64,000 bases of DNA, taken from Selaginella moellendorffii. Taxonomy: Eukaryota; Plantae; Lycopodiophyta. The translations under genes were made by a program, and so were the position numbers. The first letter of the stretch is position 1. Every line of letters begins with the position of its first letter. The DNA lies in contig NW_003314298.1 of NCBI RefSeq assembly GCF_000143415.4, forward strand, positions 372,001-436,000, read 5' to 3'. The notes under the pieces were generated by a model that was given only the letters and a program-made list of their open reading frames with translations, did not search any database and was not told the origin of the DNA. This document shows positions 36,401 to 48,457 of the stretch, piece after piece.

Positions 36401-39400
36401 CACCTTTGCTCTCTACAGGGAAGAAAGAAGCAAGAAAAAGGGCGTTCTGCCACACACTCCTCCCCATTCAATCAAAACTTGTTAGTTGCAACAATATCCA
36501 CTCTCCTTGTCTCTTCCCACCTGACCCCCCAGGCCCCAAACTTAGAAATGCTCCTTGTTTGTTTGCTTGTTTGTTATGACGCTTCAGTTTTTTAAGAGGC
36601 ATTAGGGCCCTAGTCCAGCTCTCTCCCCATTCCATCCATGTCCAACATTTCAATTCAATCCAGTTCATTCATGCATTCACTCTCTCCTCACATGCTTTCT
36701 TGGCATTTATGCAGTGGTGGCAAATGCAGAGAAGGCAGCCCAGCAGCAGCAGCAGCTTCCTTTTCTCAGCTGCAGTCGTGCAGAAGAAGCCAGCAGCAGC
36801 AGGAGAGCAACAGCAGCACTCAAAGATTGCTCGCCACCTTTGCAAATTTCTTTGCAAACATGGGTGGAACTCACGTGCACAATCTCTGCTGCTCAATTCT
36901 ATAGCCGAGCTCAAGTACCTTTTAAGCATTGCATGACCACAAGTTGGTAGGGTTCTGTTCGGATGTCCATGTCCGGGAACTAGATCCCTAGCATATGCTC
37001 CAATCCCAGATCTGTACGAAGAGATGCGTGCCTTTCGAAACTGGAAAGATGAGCTTGCAATGCGTAGGGCCTTTGGGCGATGGACGCAGTCAGATTCAGC
37101 TTTGGGCAAATGCTCAGATGGAGATCTCTCCACTTCACAAGCCCGCGTGTCTGCAATTCATTCAGCAGCTCGAAGGCCCACACTAGAATACAAAGCGTCA
37201 ATGTTGGATGATTGAGGCAGATCTTCAAATAGCTTTGTGTATCCCCAGCTTGGCTTTGTTAATGATGATCTATCGCTCAAGGTTGAGACAAGATAAATCA
37301 TCTCGCTATCTCGCGTTACTCGGGTCTGATTCTCTCTTTAGTGAAGCCTATAGATCTATCTGTTTCAAGGGGTTCTATTCCATCCCTTCTTCCAAAGTAC
37401 AAAGCCCATTCAAATCCCTCGCTCGCGATCGCTAGTTATACATGTAAGGCATCATAAATCTCGCACGCACACGTCCATTTCGCCATAAGGCTGCCTTGAT
37501 TTTTTACACCGCAAATATTCTACACGTTGTGTAATTGTCAACGATTTTGTTTTCCAAGCGGCAACAAACTGATCAAAGCCTGGCCAATCCGTGGCTGCCA
37601 CCGCTGGTGGTTGCAAGATCGCCACCTTTCTTTTCAAGCCCCTCTGTGACATACGAATCAAAGCGTTAAAAAGCTTGCCTTTGCTCGAGTATATAGTATT
37701 CTCATATGGTTTGATCACCCAAACTAATTCGCATAAATAGTATAGAAAACGTTGGGCGATCCATCCTAGAAATTGCGAAACTTGTCCAATATAAAAGCTT
37801 TTCACAACGTGTCAATCGAGGTGTGATGGTGGGGCTGGACTCTTTGTGCTTGCTTGCTTGCTTGGTTTGCCTGCTCTACTTACATCGCTCGCTCTCTCGC
37901 TCGCTAGCTTGCCCATTTGGTAGATCGATCATCTCCGACTAGGCCTTGGTGAGCTTTCGTGGAGATCTTGACCGCGATCCCAAGTTGGCGCGGAGAATAT
38001 CTAAGGCCATTCTTGAACATGTTGTCTTTCATTGTCCAATGCCCGCTGGATGTTACGTCATATACAAAACAAGCTAACAAGTCAAGAAAGAGTATAAAAC
38101 TACTTGATCAAAGAAACTCCAAAAAGGTGGTGACCACCCCTTGTAGTTTCGTCACCGTGGAGAGGTGGGCTACAGAATGGGCCCCCTGATTTTGATGTTT
38201 GCTATTCGGACTAGACTAATCTGCCGCCCCTAATCGTCAATTTCACGTACAAAACCCACGCTTTCAATCATTTTTTGAATTGTCGACAGTGGTGGTGGTA
38301 CGAAAAGAAGAATAATATTGCGAAACTGGGAACTGAAACAGAACATCCCCGCACCGCAAAATCTGTTGAAGCAACTTGGTATTTCTTTGTTTTGCTGTTT
38401 CCGTTTTGATGATATGTTGTTGTTTCCTCCTCGTTGTTACAGGAAACATTGGAGGGTCTAAGTACAGTGCCCATTTATTTTCATCTCCTCTCCTTTTTCT
38501 AGAGTTTTAACTCTAGTAATGATAGTTTGTGAACTTCCCTGATCCCGATCAAGATAATTCATCATCAACTTGCTTGGAGCAACTTCAACTCTATCTGGGC
38601 CCCGAGACGAAGAAAAAGAGGAATGAATATTCCGAGATTTATTCTAAAGAAAGTTTTCTGGCATGTGCCATGATGTCAAGCTTGATTAAGCCATGCATGC
38701 ATGCGGCCGGTTTCGACCCCACCAAAACGTGCCGCCACCTTTCTGTATTTGTGCCAAATGTTAGACGCGTACATAACTTTGTATACATTGTTTTAGATTA
38801 TGTTTTTTCATTTGCAGCCGGATTCTAGGTGTCAGGCAAATTTTGTTGAGTAACTCCTCAACAAAGCACTACACAAATTTTCAGGATTCTTCAGAGCCCA
38901 GGTGATGCAGATGCAGGTGCAGGTGCAGAATGCATTTTTTTGTATTTGAAAAAGGTATTTATTATTGTTAATTATCCATTAAAAACCTTTGGCTTGATCC
39001 AGCTTGTTCCTTGAGGAAGAAAACAAAACTAGATCTTCTCTCTCCGCTCGCGCAGTATCCCTTTGCGAAGAAATCGAATGGGCTTTGATTCCTTTTCTAT
39101 TTTTTCTTCGAATTCTTGCAGCCGCAGCAGCAGCAGCGCAAGCTCGCGAGAGGTTCCTTTGTTTGACTGGAAAGTTTGCGTGCTTTGACTGGCTCCAGTC
39201 CGAAGGCTCGGGAATCTCTTGGTTCACACTGCTTGGAAGGGAAGAAAAGAAACAATTAAGAGCAGGGGGATCAATGCTCTCTTAAGGTGGTCAACCTGGG
39301 ACGATCGATCTCATATCTTTTTTTCTTGGAGCCGGCCTTGAACTAGATCGATCGTAGGACTCCAGCTTTTTAAACAAATCGGTGAATGGTGAAAACGAGG

Positions 39401-41196
39401 CAATTCCGCTCACCCTCGCGAGAGAAAAGAGAAAAGTTGCTGTGAGTTTGAGTACTTGGAAGGGCAGCAGCTTTCTCGTCATTTGCGTGCATTGACCCAA
39501 CAACAAGAGGCTTGTGATCGCCGGGAGCGAATCTCGAACGCTTAGTTTGAAGTGTTTTCAAGACGATTCGGCCAAACTTTGGAAGGATAAACGGAGGTCT
39601 GTGTGATTGCCACAAAATAGATCGATATCATCACACCATGAAAGAGTAGAAGTTTCTTTAAGATGGATCTTTGCCCCAAACCAAAAACTCTCTCGCAGGA
39701 TCCAGCCCATGGATTGATCATCGCGTGATTTTCGTTTGGGAGTGCCGATCCAGAGCTCTCAATTGGCTGTCCCTCTCGCTGCTTTTCGAAAGAAGTAATT
39801 ACCTCCATATACCAAAGAGCCGAGTGATGTGGTCCCTTTGACAAAGCACACACACACACACACACACACAAGCACTGTTTGCTGGGCCTCCGTGAGCTGG
39901 ATCGCCCAGATGGGCGTTAAAAACTCCCACGTTACAGTGGTCCCTCGAGCGATCTCTCGTCCGTATCTACGTACATACGCCCCAGAAAACGCCCTCGTAT
40001 GGCCACCTTGGTACACTGCGACTGCGCTGTCGACCGTACCGTATAGGTAGCATAGTTTATCTCTGACCGACATCGCCTTTGCTACTTCTACTACTTAGCA
40101 TACTACTTTACACCTTTTTGTTTCGCTCACTCGCTCGCTCGCTCTTTCGCAAACTAGTTTTACTCGAACAGTGGTCCCCTTTTCTCTCATTCATTCATTC
40201 ATTCCATCCATCATAGAAGAGAAAAGCTATTCTTCTTCGCGAGAAGCGCGAGCGACATCTTGTTAGCTTTTCTGGTCGCGGGAGCGCGACGAAGAGAGAG
40301 TTTTCCAGTAGAGCACGAGCGATCTCTTCCTCTCTCTCTCTCTCTCTTGAATCTCCCACACTTTGGTTCTAGATCGAATAGAGCAGCAGCTTAGATCACA
40401 CAACTCGCGAAAAACTTGAAAGAATTGTCGGTGAGATTGAGCGATCCATCTCCACGCAAGAAGAGTAAGAACATTCCAGTGACGACCACCCTCTTAAAGA
40501 TCCCTCCTTCTCTTCTCTTTCTCTCACGAGAGTAGTATAAAGCTAGGAGGATCTCTAAGATTTGATCTCGCCAGGAGCACAGGAGAGAGAGGATAGAGTC
40601 GATCTATGGTCGCGAAGCTTATCGTGGAATTGAGTAGCGCTAGTTGTAGCAGCAGCGATGGTGGAAGCGGCGCAGTGGTGGAGGAGAGGATCATTCCAGT
40701 GGCAAGGAGAGGACTCTGGTGGTATAGAGCTGGAGTATGGCCCCCCTTTTCTTTCCAGGGACCAGGAGCTCTCTAGATCGCGTCGCCACCATCGCAAAGC
40801 CATCGTGATCTTCGTCGCCGCCGTGTCGTCGTGTCGCAGATTCATGGTTGGCATTTTGGCAGGGGGCTGAGCGAGCAAGAATTTGGAGCGTAGCGCAGCG
40901 GCACCGCGAGGTCGCGCGAGGGAAGCGAGCGAGCGAGCTCGAGCGAGAATTGGGCTGGAGAAATTCTTGGGTCAGATAGTGGCGCCAGCGCGAGCGGGGC
41001 TTTGTTTTCTAGCTCCCAGTAGCAAAATCCAGTCGCGCAAGTGGTTTGGAGCTAGCTAGCTCATAGCTAGGAGGTGCGCGAGAAAGGATACCTTCTACGA
41101 ATTTCTTCTTCTCCCTCGATCGGTCGAGAGGATCGAGGAGAGGCTGCAAGCGGGAGGACGACGAATTCTCTACGGAGGAATCCAAAGCTGCATGGG

Positions 41197-43314
41197 ATGC
41201 CACCGGATTTCGTGACCCTCCTGTCCAATTCCCATCACCACCACCAGCACCACCACCACCACCAGCGCGCTGCTCCTCCGCCGCCACCCTTTCTGGGCGC
41301 CGCCGGCATTCTCCTCAATTCTCCCGGGAATTTCAAGGAGGAATTCGAGGGAGGAGGAGGCGAGCTTCTCGCGGACAAGGAGCACGACTTCCGGGATTTC
41401 CTTGTGGCCGCTGGTGGAGATCAGATGACCACCACTTCCAATCTCACCTCGGCATCGGGCGATGCTAGCGTCTCGTCTGGCGGAGGAGGAGGCGGCGGCG
41501 GCGGAGGTCATCAGCCACAGCCACTCCCAGGCGGCGGCGGCGGAGCTGCAGCAGCATCGAATGCCGGCGCCGCTGGCCAGCCTCCCGCCAAGAAGAAGCG
41601 CAATCTCCCCGGAACTCCAGGTAGATCCATCCATCCCTCTCTGGATTGTTTTATTTTGGCTGGCCATTGTTCTTGGAAATATTTGGTGTGTTCCTGTTCT
41701 TCGTGTGTTCTTGGATGGATCATGGATGGAATGGAACGCCCGATCTTCCAGTGCGGCATTAAATTCGTGGCGTGGTAATTGCAGACCCGGATGCGGAAGT
41801 TATCGCGCTGTCCCCAAAGACGTTAATGGCGACCAACAGATTCGTGTGTGAGATCTGTGGCAAGGGTTTCCAGCGCGACCAAAACCTCCAGCTCCACCGC
41901 CGCGGCCACAATCTGCCCTGGAAGCTCCGCCAGCGGACGAGCAAGGAGCCGCGCAAGCGCGTCTACGTGTGCCCCGAGGCGTCGTGCGTCCACCATGATC
42001 CCTCGCGCGCGCTCGGCGACCTCACCGGCATCAAGAAGCACTTCTGCCGCAAGCACGGCGAGAAGAAGTGGAAGTGCGACAAGTGCAACAAGCGCTACGC
42101 CGTCCAGTCGGATTGGAAGGCGCATTCCAAGACGTGCGGCACCCGGGAGTATCGATGCGACTGCGGCACGCTCTTCTCCAGGTACTCCCTCGCGATCCAA
42201 TCCATTTCTTTCTTCTTCCTCCTCGCGTTCTTGCGATCTTTCTTCGATAATCTCGTCTTGCTGCTCGTTCTAGCGGTCTTTCTTCCATTCTTGGTCGATA
42301 ATCTCGCGTTCCTCCTCGTCTTTCCTCGATAATCTCGTCTTCCTCCTCGTTCTAGCGATCTTTTTCCCATTCTCTCTTCGACAATCTCGTGTTCTTCCTC
42401 GTTCCAGCGATCTTTCTTGCTCGTCGGATCTTTCTTTCATTCTCTGCGTTGTTTCTCGATATCTCTCGCTCCATGGATCTTTCTTGCGTGTCTCGAGCCT
42501 TCTCCTCGAAATATCGTTCCCTGGCGCTCGATTCACCGCTCGATCATCGCCATTCCCTCGTTGTTGCTCGAAATCTCGCGTTTCTTGATTGCATGCTCAT
42601 CGCTCCCTCGCGATTTCCTTTCCATGGATCGACATGACACATGCGTGTGCGCTGCTGCAGGAGGGACAGCTTCATCACACACCGCGCCTTCTGCGACGCG
42701 CTGGCGGAGGAGAGCGCCAGGATCAAGCCCGGCACGGCAGCGGCGGCGGCGGCGGCGGCGCAGCTCAATCCCAATTCCGCCCAGCCCGACGCCTCCACCG
42801 ATTCCCTGCCGCCCGGCGCCGTCCCGACCTCGCCCTACACAGTCCGGCTGCCGCCCGTGGTGGATCCATCGCTCACCGGTACCCCTCCGCGATTGCCAGG
42901 AGGCGACCTCTCCTCTAGCGGCGCCTTCGACGATTTCTCTTCTTCCAGGGCGGGATCGTCATGCCTTCCAAGGCTCTCTCTCTGGCTGGGTCCCGGGCCG
43001 GGAGGAGGACCAGGGCAGCCATCCACGTCCATGATCCAGCAAATGCAAGCCGGCGGCGATCCGGAGATGGGCAGCTTGGGCCTGGATCCCTCGCACTTCC
43101 TCCTGCCGCCCAAGTTGCTATCGAGCTCGCAATTCGAGCTGGATCGTGGCGGTGGGGGTGGCGGTGGCGGCGGGTTCTTCCCGATGGCTGGCGGGGCGTT
43201 TGGAGGCTCGGGCTCCTTCTCCGACTTGATGGGCATTAGCAACCGGAGCTTGGACTCCATGGCCGCGAATTCTTCCAGCAATGGCGGTGGTGCCTCGTTC
43301 TTGGGGAATCAAGC

Positions 43315-43345
<31 letters not shown>

Positions 43346-44041
43346 GTTCCTCCGCAGATGTCCGCCACGGCATTGCTCCAGAAGGCGGCGCAGATGGGAG
43401 CTACCGCCGGGAACAACTCGCTGCTGCGGGGATTTGGATTGGACTCGAGCTCGTTTGGATTGGGCAGCTTCTGGCAGCAGCAGCAGCAGCAGCAGCAAAG
43501 CGGAGGAGGAGGAGCATCCAGGAACGTTAGCGCCGCTGCATTGCACCACCAGTTTGGTGGCGGAGGAAGGGGAGGAGCTCTAGCGGTGGCGCAAGAACAG
43601 GGTGGCGGCGCTACCATGCATGGAGAGTTTGGAGGCTATGGCGGGATGTTCAACTGCTATCCACCGATGTTCGCGGACGTGGGTCTCGGCGGCAATAGCG
43701 CCGGAGGATTCCGGATGCTCCACCAGGATCAAGAGCAGCAACAACAGCAGGATCATCAATCCATGCTGGTGGCGGCATTGGTTCCAAAGACCGAGGAGGG
43801 ATGCGATCAAGCGCAGGGGGCGCTGACGCGCGATTTTTTGGGTGGCGCCGCCGCGAGCTTGGTGGAGAGCTTGAGCCAGCAGCAGCAGCAGCAGCAGCAG
43901 CACGAGGCGGGAGAGGAGCAAGAGGAGGAGGAGAATGGGCGGGGCGATGGCGGAGATGGAGAAGAGGAGGAAGAGCTGGAATCGCTGGGCGGAGGTGGCG
44001 GTGGCGGTGGCTCGTCCGATAAGTCGTGGGATGGCTCATGA
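41197..44041 (+). CDS. IDD: INDETERMINATE DOMAIN (IDD/BIRD) C2H2 zinc-finger transcription factor (exons 41197-41620, 41785-42181, 42661-44041)
   Basis: [38 protein letters not shown], four-finger ID domain, [14 protein letters not shown] and LTRDFLG motifs. The true start may be the ATG at ~41425. Confidence 0.95.
42205..42600. repeat. Pyrimidine-rich tandem repeat array in IDD intron 2
   Basis: Repeated CTCGTTCTAGCGATCTTT and TCGATAATCTCG units, about 5-6 degenerate copies. Confidence 0.7.
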
Positions 44042-44104
44042 TAATAAGATTGAATTGTCGTATAGTAACTCTGGGCTTTAGGGTTTACATTTGGGCGCAC
44101 CCCA

Positions 44105-46326
44105 TTAGGGCTTATTTGTCAAGTTTTTGGGCGCGATGGGCGATCGTTGCTGCTGCGGCGGCTTGTATTTCCAGGGGAATTTCTCCGCCAAGAATCCATC
44201 GATGTCGAAATCTTTGTCTGCGCTGCCCAATTCCTGGGCGATGTCTGGAGGATTTGTCTTTCGCTTCTCCGCTGGATCCAAAATCCCGGCTAGACCCTCG
44301 ATCGTAGGAGCCAAAAACTCGGATATGTTGACGTCCCACGGCGCTTCTTCCACGACTTCGGTTCTCTGCAGAACGATTTGGACGTATCAATGAGAAGGAA
44401 AGAGAGTTTTGTTTTCCAGAAGTACCTGTTGGAGGCATTGAGTTCTCAGCTCCTCGGCTCGAACGGCGTTCCCGCAGCGCTCCTCCATCGCGGCCCACGA
44501 AAGCCACGCGGGCATGTTTTGCGAATCCAGGCGCAGTGCGCTCCGGAACAAAGCTCTTGCGGCACCATAGTTCTCGTCTTTGCCTTCCAAAACACCCCAT
44601 GCCTGTGAGAAAGAAAGAGCAAAGTTTTAACTTCCTGCCAGACGAAAAAGTGGTCGATCATCTTACCTGGTACGTTTTCACAGCGTTCAGGTTCCTGTTG
44701 CTCACCGCTAGTGATTTTTGATAGTAATCACGCGCGGAGTCGAGGTTTCCTTCTTTCCACTCCACCCATCCCCAAGCCTGCTCGCACAGGAGAAGCAAAT
44801 AAAAAGAGGTAAGAACGAGACGATGAAAGCGTACACTGTCCAACGTACCAGCCACAACGGTTGGTGCTTTGCATCGATCAGCACAGCACGCCTAAAATGC
44901 CTCCGCGCAATGTCTGGCTGTCCACAGTCGTACTCGAAAAGAGCGAAGGCTTGAAGAAGTACCACGTCTTTGGGATTGAGCTCCATTCCCCTCTGAAAGA
45001 GGTGACGAGCGCGGCCTTTGTTTCCTTCCTTGGCCTCGAAGCGAGCCCAGGCTTGCCATATGTGTCCATTTCGAGGAACTGCTTGGAGACCTCTCTGCCA
45101 GTTCACAAAAACAAACCTTCGCATCAGGAAACCTGCGAGAAAGAAAAACGAAATGACGAACCTGGAATAATTGCCTGACAGAAGCCTTGATTCCATATTC
45201 AGCTTCCATTAGTGCCCAGGCCTGTTGGAAAAGAAAATGAGTCAGAGAAAACCAAAATGAGAATGAAACGCTCCCACGCACCAGCCAGCTTGCTGCGCTC
45301 TTGGAGTTTGCTTGAGTAGCTTTTGTAAAGTACGTCCTAGCTTGCTCGATCTCGCCCATTCTGACCTCGATGATTGCCAGAGTCTGGTAGAGATACTCGT
45401 TTGGACCACAAAACTTGAGCCCTTTTAAGAGCAAAGCTCGAGCTTTTCTCATGCTTCCGTTTCGAAGTTCCAACACGGCCCAGCCATGCCAAGCTGCGGC
45501 ATGCTTCTTATCTGCGACGGTGGCCGCGTCGAAAAGTGTCCTTGCTCTGGAAACATTGCCGCTTCGCTCTTCTAGCACCGCCAAAGCCTTACAAAGAAGA
45601 CTTATACAACTGTGTAGAAAAAAAAAAGAAGAAGAAGTTTTGTATGTATACCTGCCAGATATATGGATTTTCACCTCGGCAAGCTTGGCAACCATCTTCG
45701 TAGAGTTTCCTGGCTTCCTTGATTTTGCCCGACTTCACGAGGGAAGTTCCCAAAGCGACGTATGCTCGACCATCATCCGCCCAGTCTCTGATACACTAAA
45801 ACACGTAAAACTACTCGTGAGTGGCAGCGAAAGAAGAAAAGAAGATCTTTACCTCTCGTAGAATGGCCTCCGCCATGAATTTTTTCTTCGTCCTCTGCGC
45901 GAGCTTTGCTTTGTAGAGCAAGAGATCGAGGTTGATCTTGAGCCTCCCATAGATCCTTCCAGGCACCACGGGAGCTCTGCTAGCAGCACCGATCTCTTGG
46001 ACAACTCGGACATCGTCGCTGGAGATCGATGGCTCTTCCTCCGGCTCACTCTCGGACGATTCCTCGGGCACTGCCACCACCTCCTCCGACGAATCTCCAT
46101 TGCGGACGTGAGCCTCTAGCGCCTCGTCCCCAGCGGAGATGGAAGAAGTAGAAGAGGAAGACGAAGAAGATATCGCATGGGGTTGCAAGGAGCTCGAAGA
46201 CTCAAACCTCAATCCACCGAGAAACGCTGGCTTTCGAGACGACGGCGATGATCCCAGCGACGCTGTGCTCGCCGAAGAGAGGCGCAATGCGATGGAATTG
46301 GAGTGCTGGAGGAACGCCACCGCCAT
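44105..46326 (-). CDS. HCF107: HAT/TPR-repeat chloroplast RNA factor HCF107 (Mbb1 orthologue), multi-exon
   Basis: Transit-peptide-like N-terminus, KINLDLLLYKAK, HAT repeats ENPYIWQ.., ARTLFDAATVADKKHAAAWHGWAVLE, GLKFCGPNEY, WLSWAAMEE. Confidence 0.92.
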
Positions 46327-46567
46327 AGCCAACACCACCGCTTAGCCACACTCACTAACATCATCCACAACGCCAAACCAGGATTTCTTAGCAACAATCC
46401 CGCTATAAGATCGAGCTCGAGTACCTCTCAAGGAGCTGCCACCATGGATCAGGAAGAAATGTGGGGCGCCTCGGCCACCGCCACCGCCATCATCATCGCG
46501 CTCCATGCCCGGGAAGATGTAGCCCTATTACTTCTTAGATCAAAACCCTAGCAGGGTTTCTAGAGCT

Positions 46568-48085
46568 ATGGGTAGCGCCTCGTCTTTCAACAAGAGATCG
46601 ATTGCGCCTACCGGCGGCGGCAGTGTGATCGAGATCCCAGGTACTAGCATCAATCCAGGGAACGAGGAATCACCATCGCCATGGGCAGAAGAAGAGAAGA
46701 ATGTGGATCTTGCCGATCCCACGCTTGTTCTTCCCGAGGAATGCCTAGGGCTCATCTTCGATCGCCTCGACACGCGCGGCCGCAACGTCGCGTCGCTCGT
46801 CTGCCGCCGCTGGCTGGTCGCCGAGGCGAATTCTCGCAAGATCCTCTCGCTATCGGCGCCACTGTCGCTGCCGGTGTCGTGCCTGGAATCCAGCCTTATG
46901 CGATTTACAGTGCTCTCCAAGCTGGGTCTCAAGTGTGAGCGAGGCGTCCCTTCCATCACCGACGAGGGGCTGGTGCTCATCGCCACGCACTGCCGCCGCC
47001 TCAGCAAGCTCAAGCTCAAGAACTGTACAGGGCTCCAAGACGATGGGCTCGTCGCCTTCGCCGCCGCGGTGTGCCGGGCATCCTTTCGATCCTTCTCGTG
47101 CTGCTCGTGTGGATTCGGCTCGCGGGGGCTCAACGCGATCATCAAGAACTGCGTGGCTCTCGAGGATCTCTCCGTGAAGAGGCTCCGGATGGGTGGCGAG
47201 CCGGGGCAGCTGGTCGAGGGGCCGAGCAAGCTCAAGCGGCTGTCCATCAAGAACATCCTGGATGGCGGCCATGCTTTCACGCCGCTCATCGCGAGCTCCA
47301 AGCATCTTCACACGCTGATCATCTTCAAGGCTACCGGTCAGTGGGACAAGCTCTTGGAGCTGTCCGTGGAGGGGCTGAGCGAGCTGACGGAGCTGAGGAT
47401 CGAGAAGCTCCATCTCGGCGATCAAGGGCTGGTAGCTCTCGCAAAATGCCGCAAGCTCCAGGTGCTCTTCCTCGCCAGAACTCCTGAGTGTAGCAACACG
47501 GGGTTGTCAGCCATAGCCAACGGATGCCGGTCGCTTCGCAAGCTTCACGTTGATGGTTGCTTTACGGGGAGAATCGGGGACAAGGGGCTGCTTACCGTCG
47601 GCGAGAGGTGTCCGGAGCTCAAGGAGCTCGTTCTCATCGGCGTGTCCGTCACCTCCAACAGTCTGGGAACTGTTTTTACGAACTGCATGGGGCTGGAGCG
47701 TCTCGCAGTGTGGAACAGCGAGACTTTTGGGGACGGGGAGCTGGCTTGCATCGGAAGCAAGTGCCAGGCTCTACGCAAGCTGTGTATCAAGTGCTGTCCC
47801 ATCTCGGACCAAGGACTGGAGGCGCTGGCCAGCGGGTGTCCGAGCTTGACCAAGGTGAAGATCAAGAGGTGTAGGAGTGTATCGGCTTCTGGAGCTGCGT
47901 CGCTGATGATGGCTCACGACGGACTGGTGGTGACTTTGGAGGCTGATCAGGCGACCGAGGCAGAAAGGGGTCCGGTCGAGGAAGTTGTTCCTCTTGCTGT
48001 TGCTGGTGTTGCTGCTCCGAGCCGGTCGGCTTTTTCGAGAGCGAGGTCTGCGATTGTTGCTGCGTTAGGAAGAGTTCTCTCGTGA
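46568..48085 (+). CDS. Intronless F-box/LRR protein, VFB/SKIP2-like
   Basis: F-box LPEECLGLIF..ASLVCRRW, then LGLKCERGVPSITDEGL, SCGFGSRG, LEDLSVKRLR, TPECSNTGL, LRKLCIKCCPISDQGLEALASGCPSLTKVKIKRC. Confidence 0.9.
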   Translation: MGSASSFNKRSIAPTGGGSVIEIPGTSINPGNEESPSPWAEEEKNVDLADPTLVLPEECLGLIFDRLDTRGRNVASLVCRRWLVAEANSRKILSLSAPLSLPVSCLESSLMRFTVLSKLGLKCERGVPSITDEGLVLIATHCRRLSKLKLKNCTGLQDDGLVAFAAAVCRASFRSFSCCSCGFGSRGLNAIIKNCVALEDLSVKRLRMGGEPGQLVEGPSKLKRLSIKNILDGGHAFTPLIASSKHLHTLIIFKATGQWDKLLELSVEGLSELTELRIEKLHLGDQGLVALAKCRKLQVLFLARTPECSNTGLSAIANGCRSLRKLHVDGCFTGRIGDKGLLTVGERCPELKELVLIGVSVTSNSLGTVFTNCMGLERLAVWNSETFGDGELACIGSKCQALRKLCIKCCPISDQGLEALASGCPSLTKVKIKRCRSVSASGAASLMMAHDGLVVTLEADQATEAERGPVEEVVPLAVAGVAAPSRSAFSRARSAIVAALGRVLS

Positions 48086-48457
48086 TCAGGACACACAGCG
48101 AAGCACGCACGAGCAATACAATTGTTTCAGGTAGACTTGTTAGTTCTTCTTTGTGAAGCTCACGCGTTTGTCTCCGGTGTTTCCTTCAATTCAAAGATCC
48201 GTGCTTGAGTTTCGCGAAGAATAGGAGAAGAAAAGTTTAAGAAACGTAGTAGTGCCTACTAGTGGAAAGGACTTTCAATCGTGATGCTCTAAGTGGCCGG
48301 TAAGCACTGTTTACTATTTTATGTGTTGATTCCTTATTCAGATGCTATGCTCCAGAACATCCAGCGGCTTTGTCCTCTTGAGAGGAGCGCGATGAAAATT
48401 CTGGCCAAGTCCTAGGCCTCTTGGGCTGTAAGGCGTGGAGTAGTAGCAAAGGAGGAA

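Noticed and set aside
35740-36900. Short hairpins as conserved miRNA precursors
   Set aside because: The stems are short and I found no match to miR156/159/160/166/171/319/408 sequences by eye.
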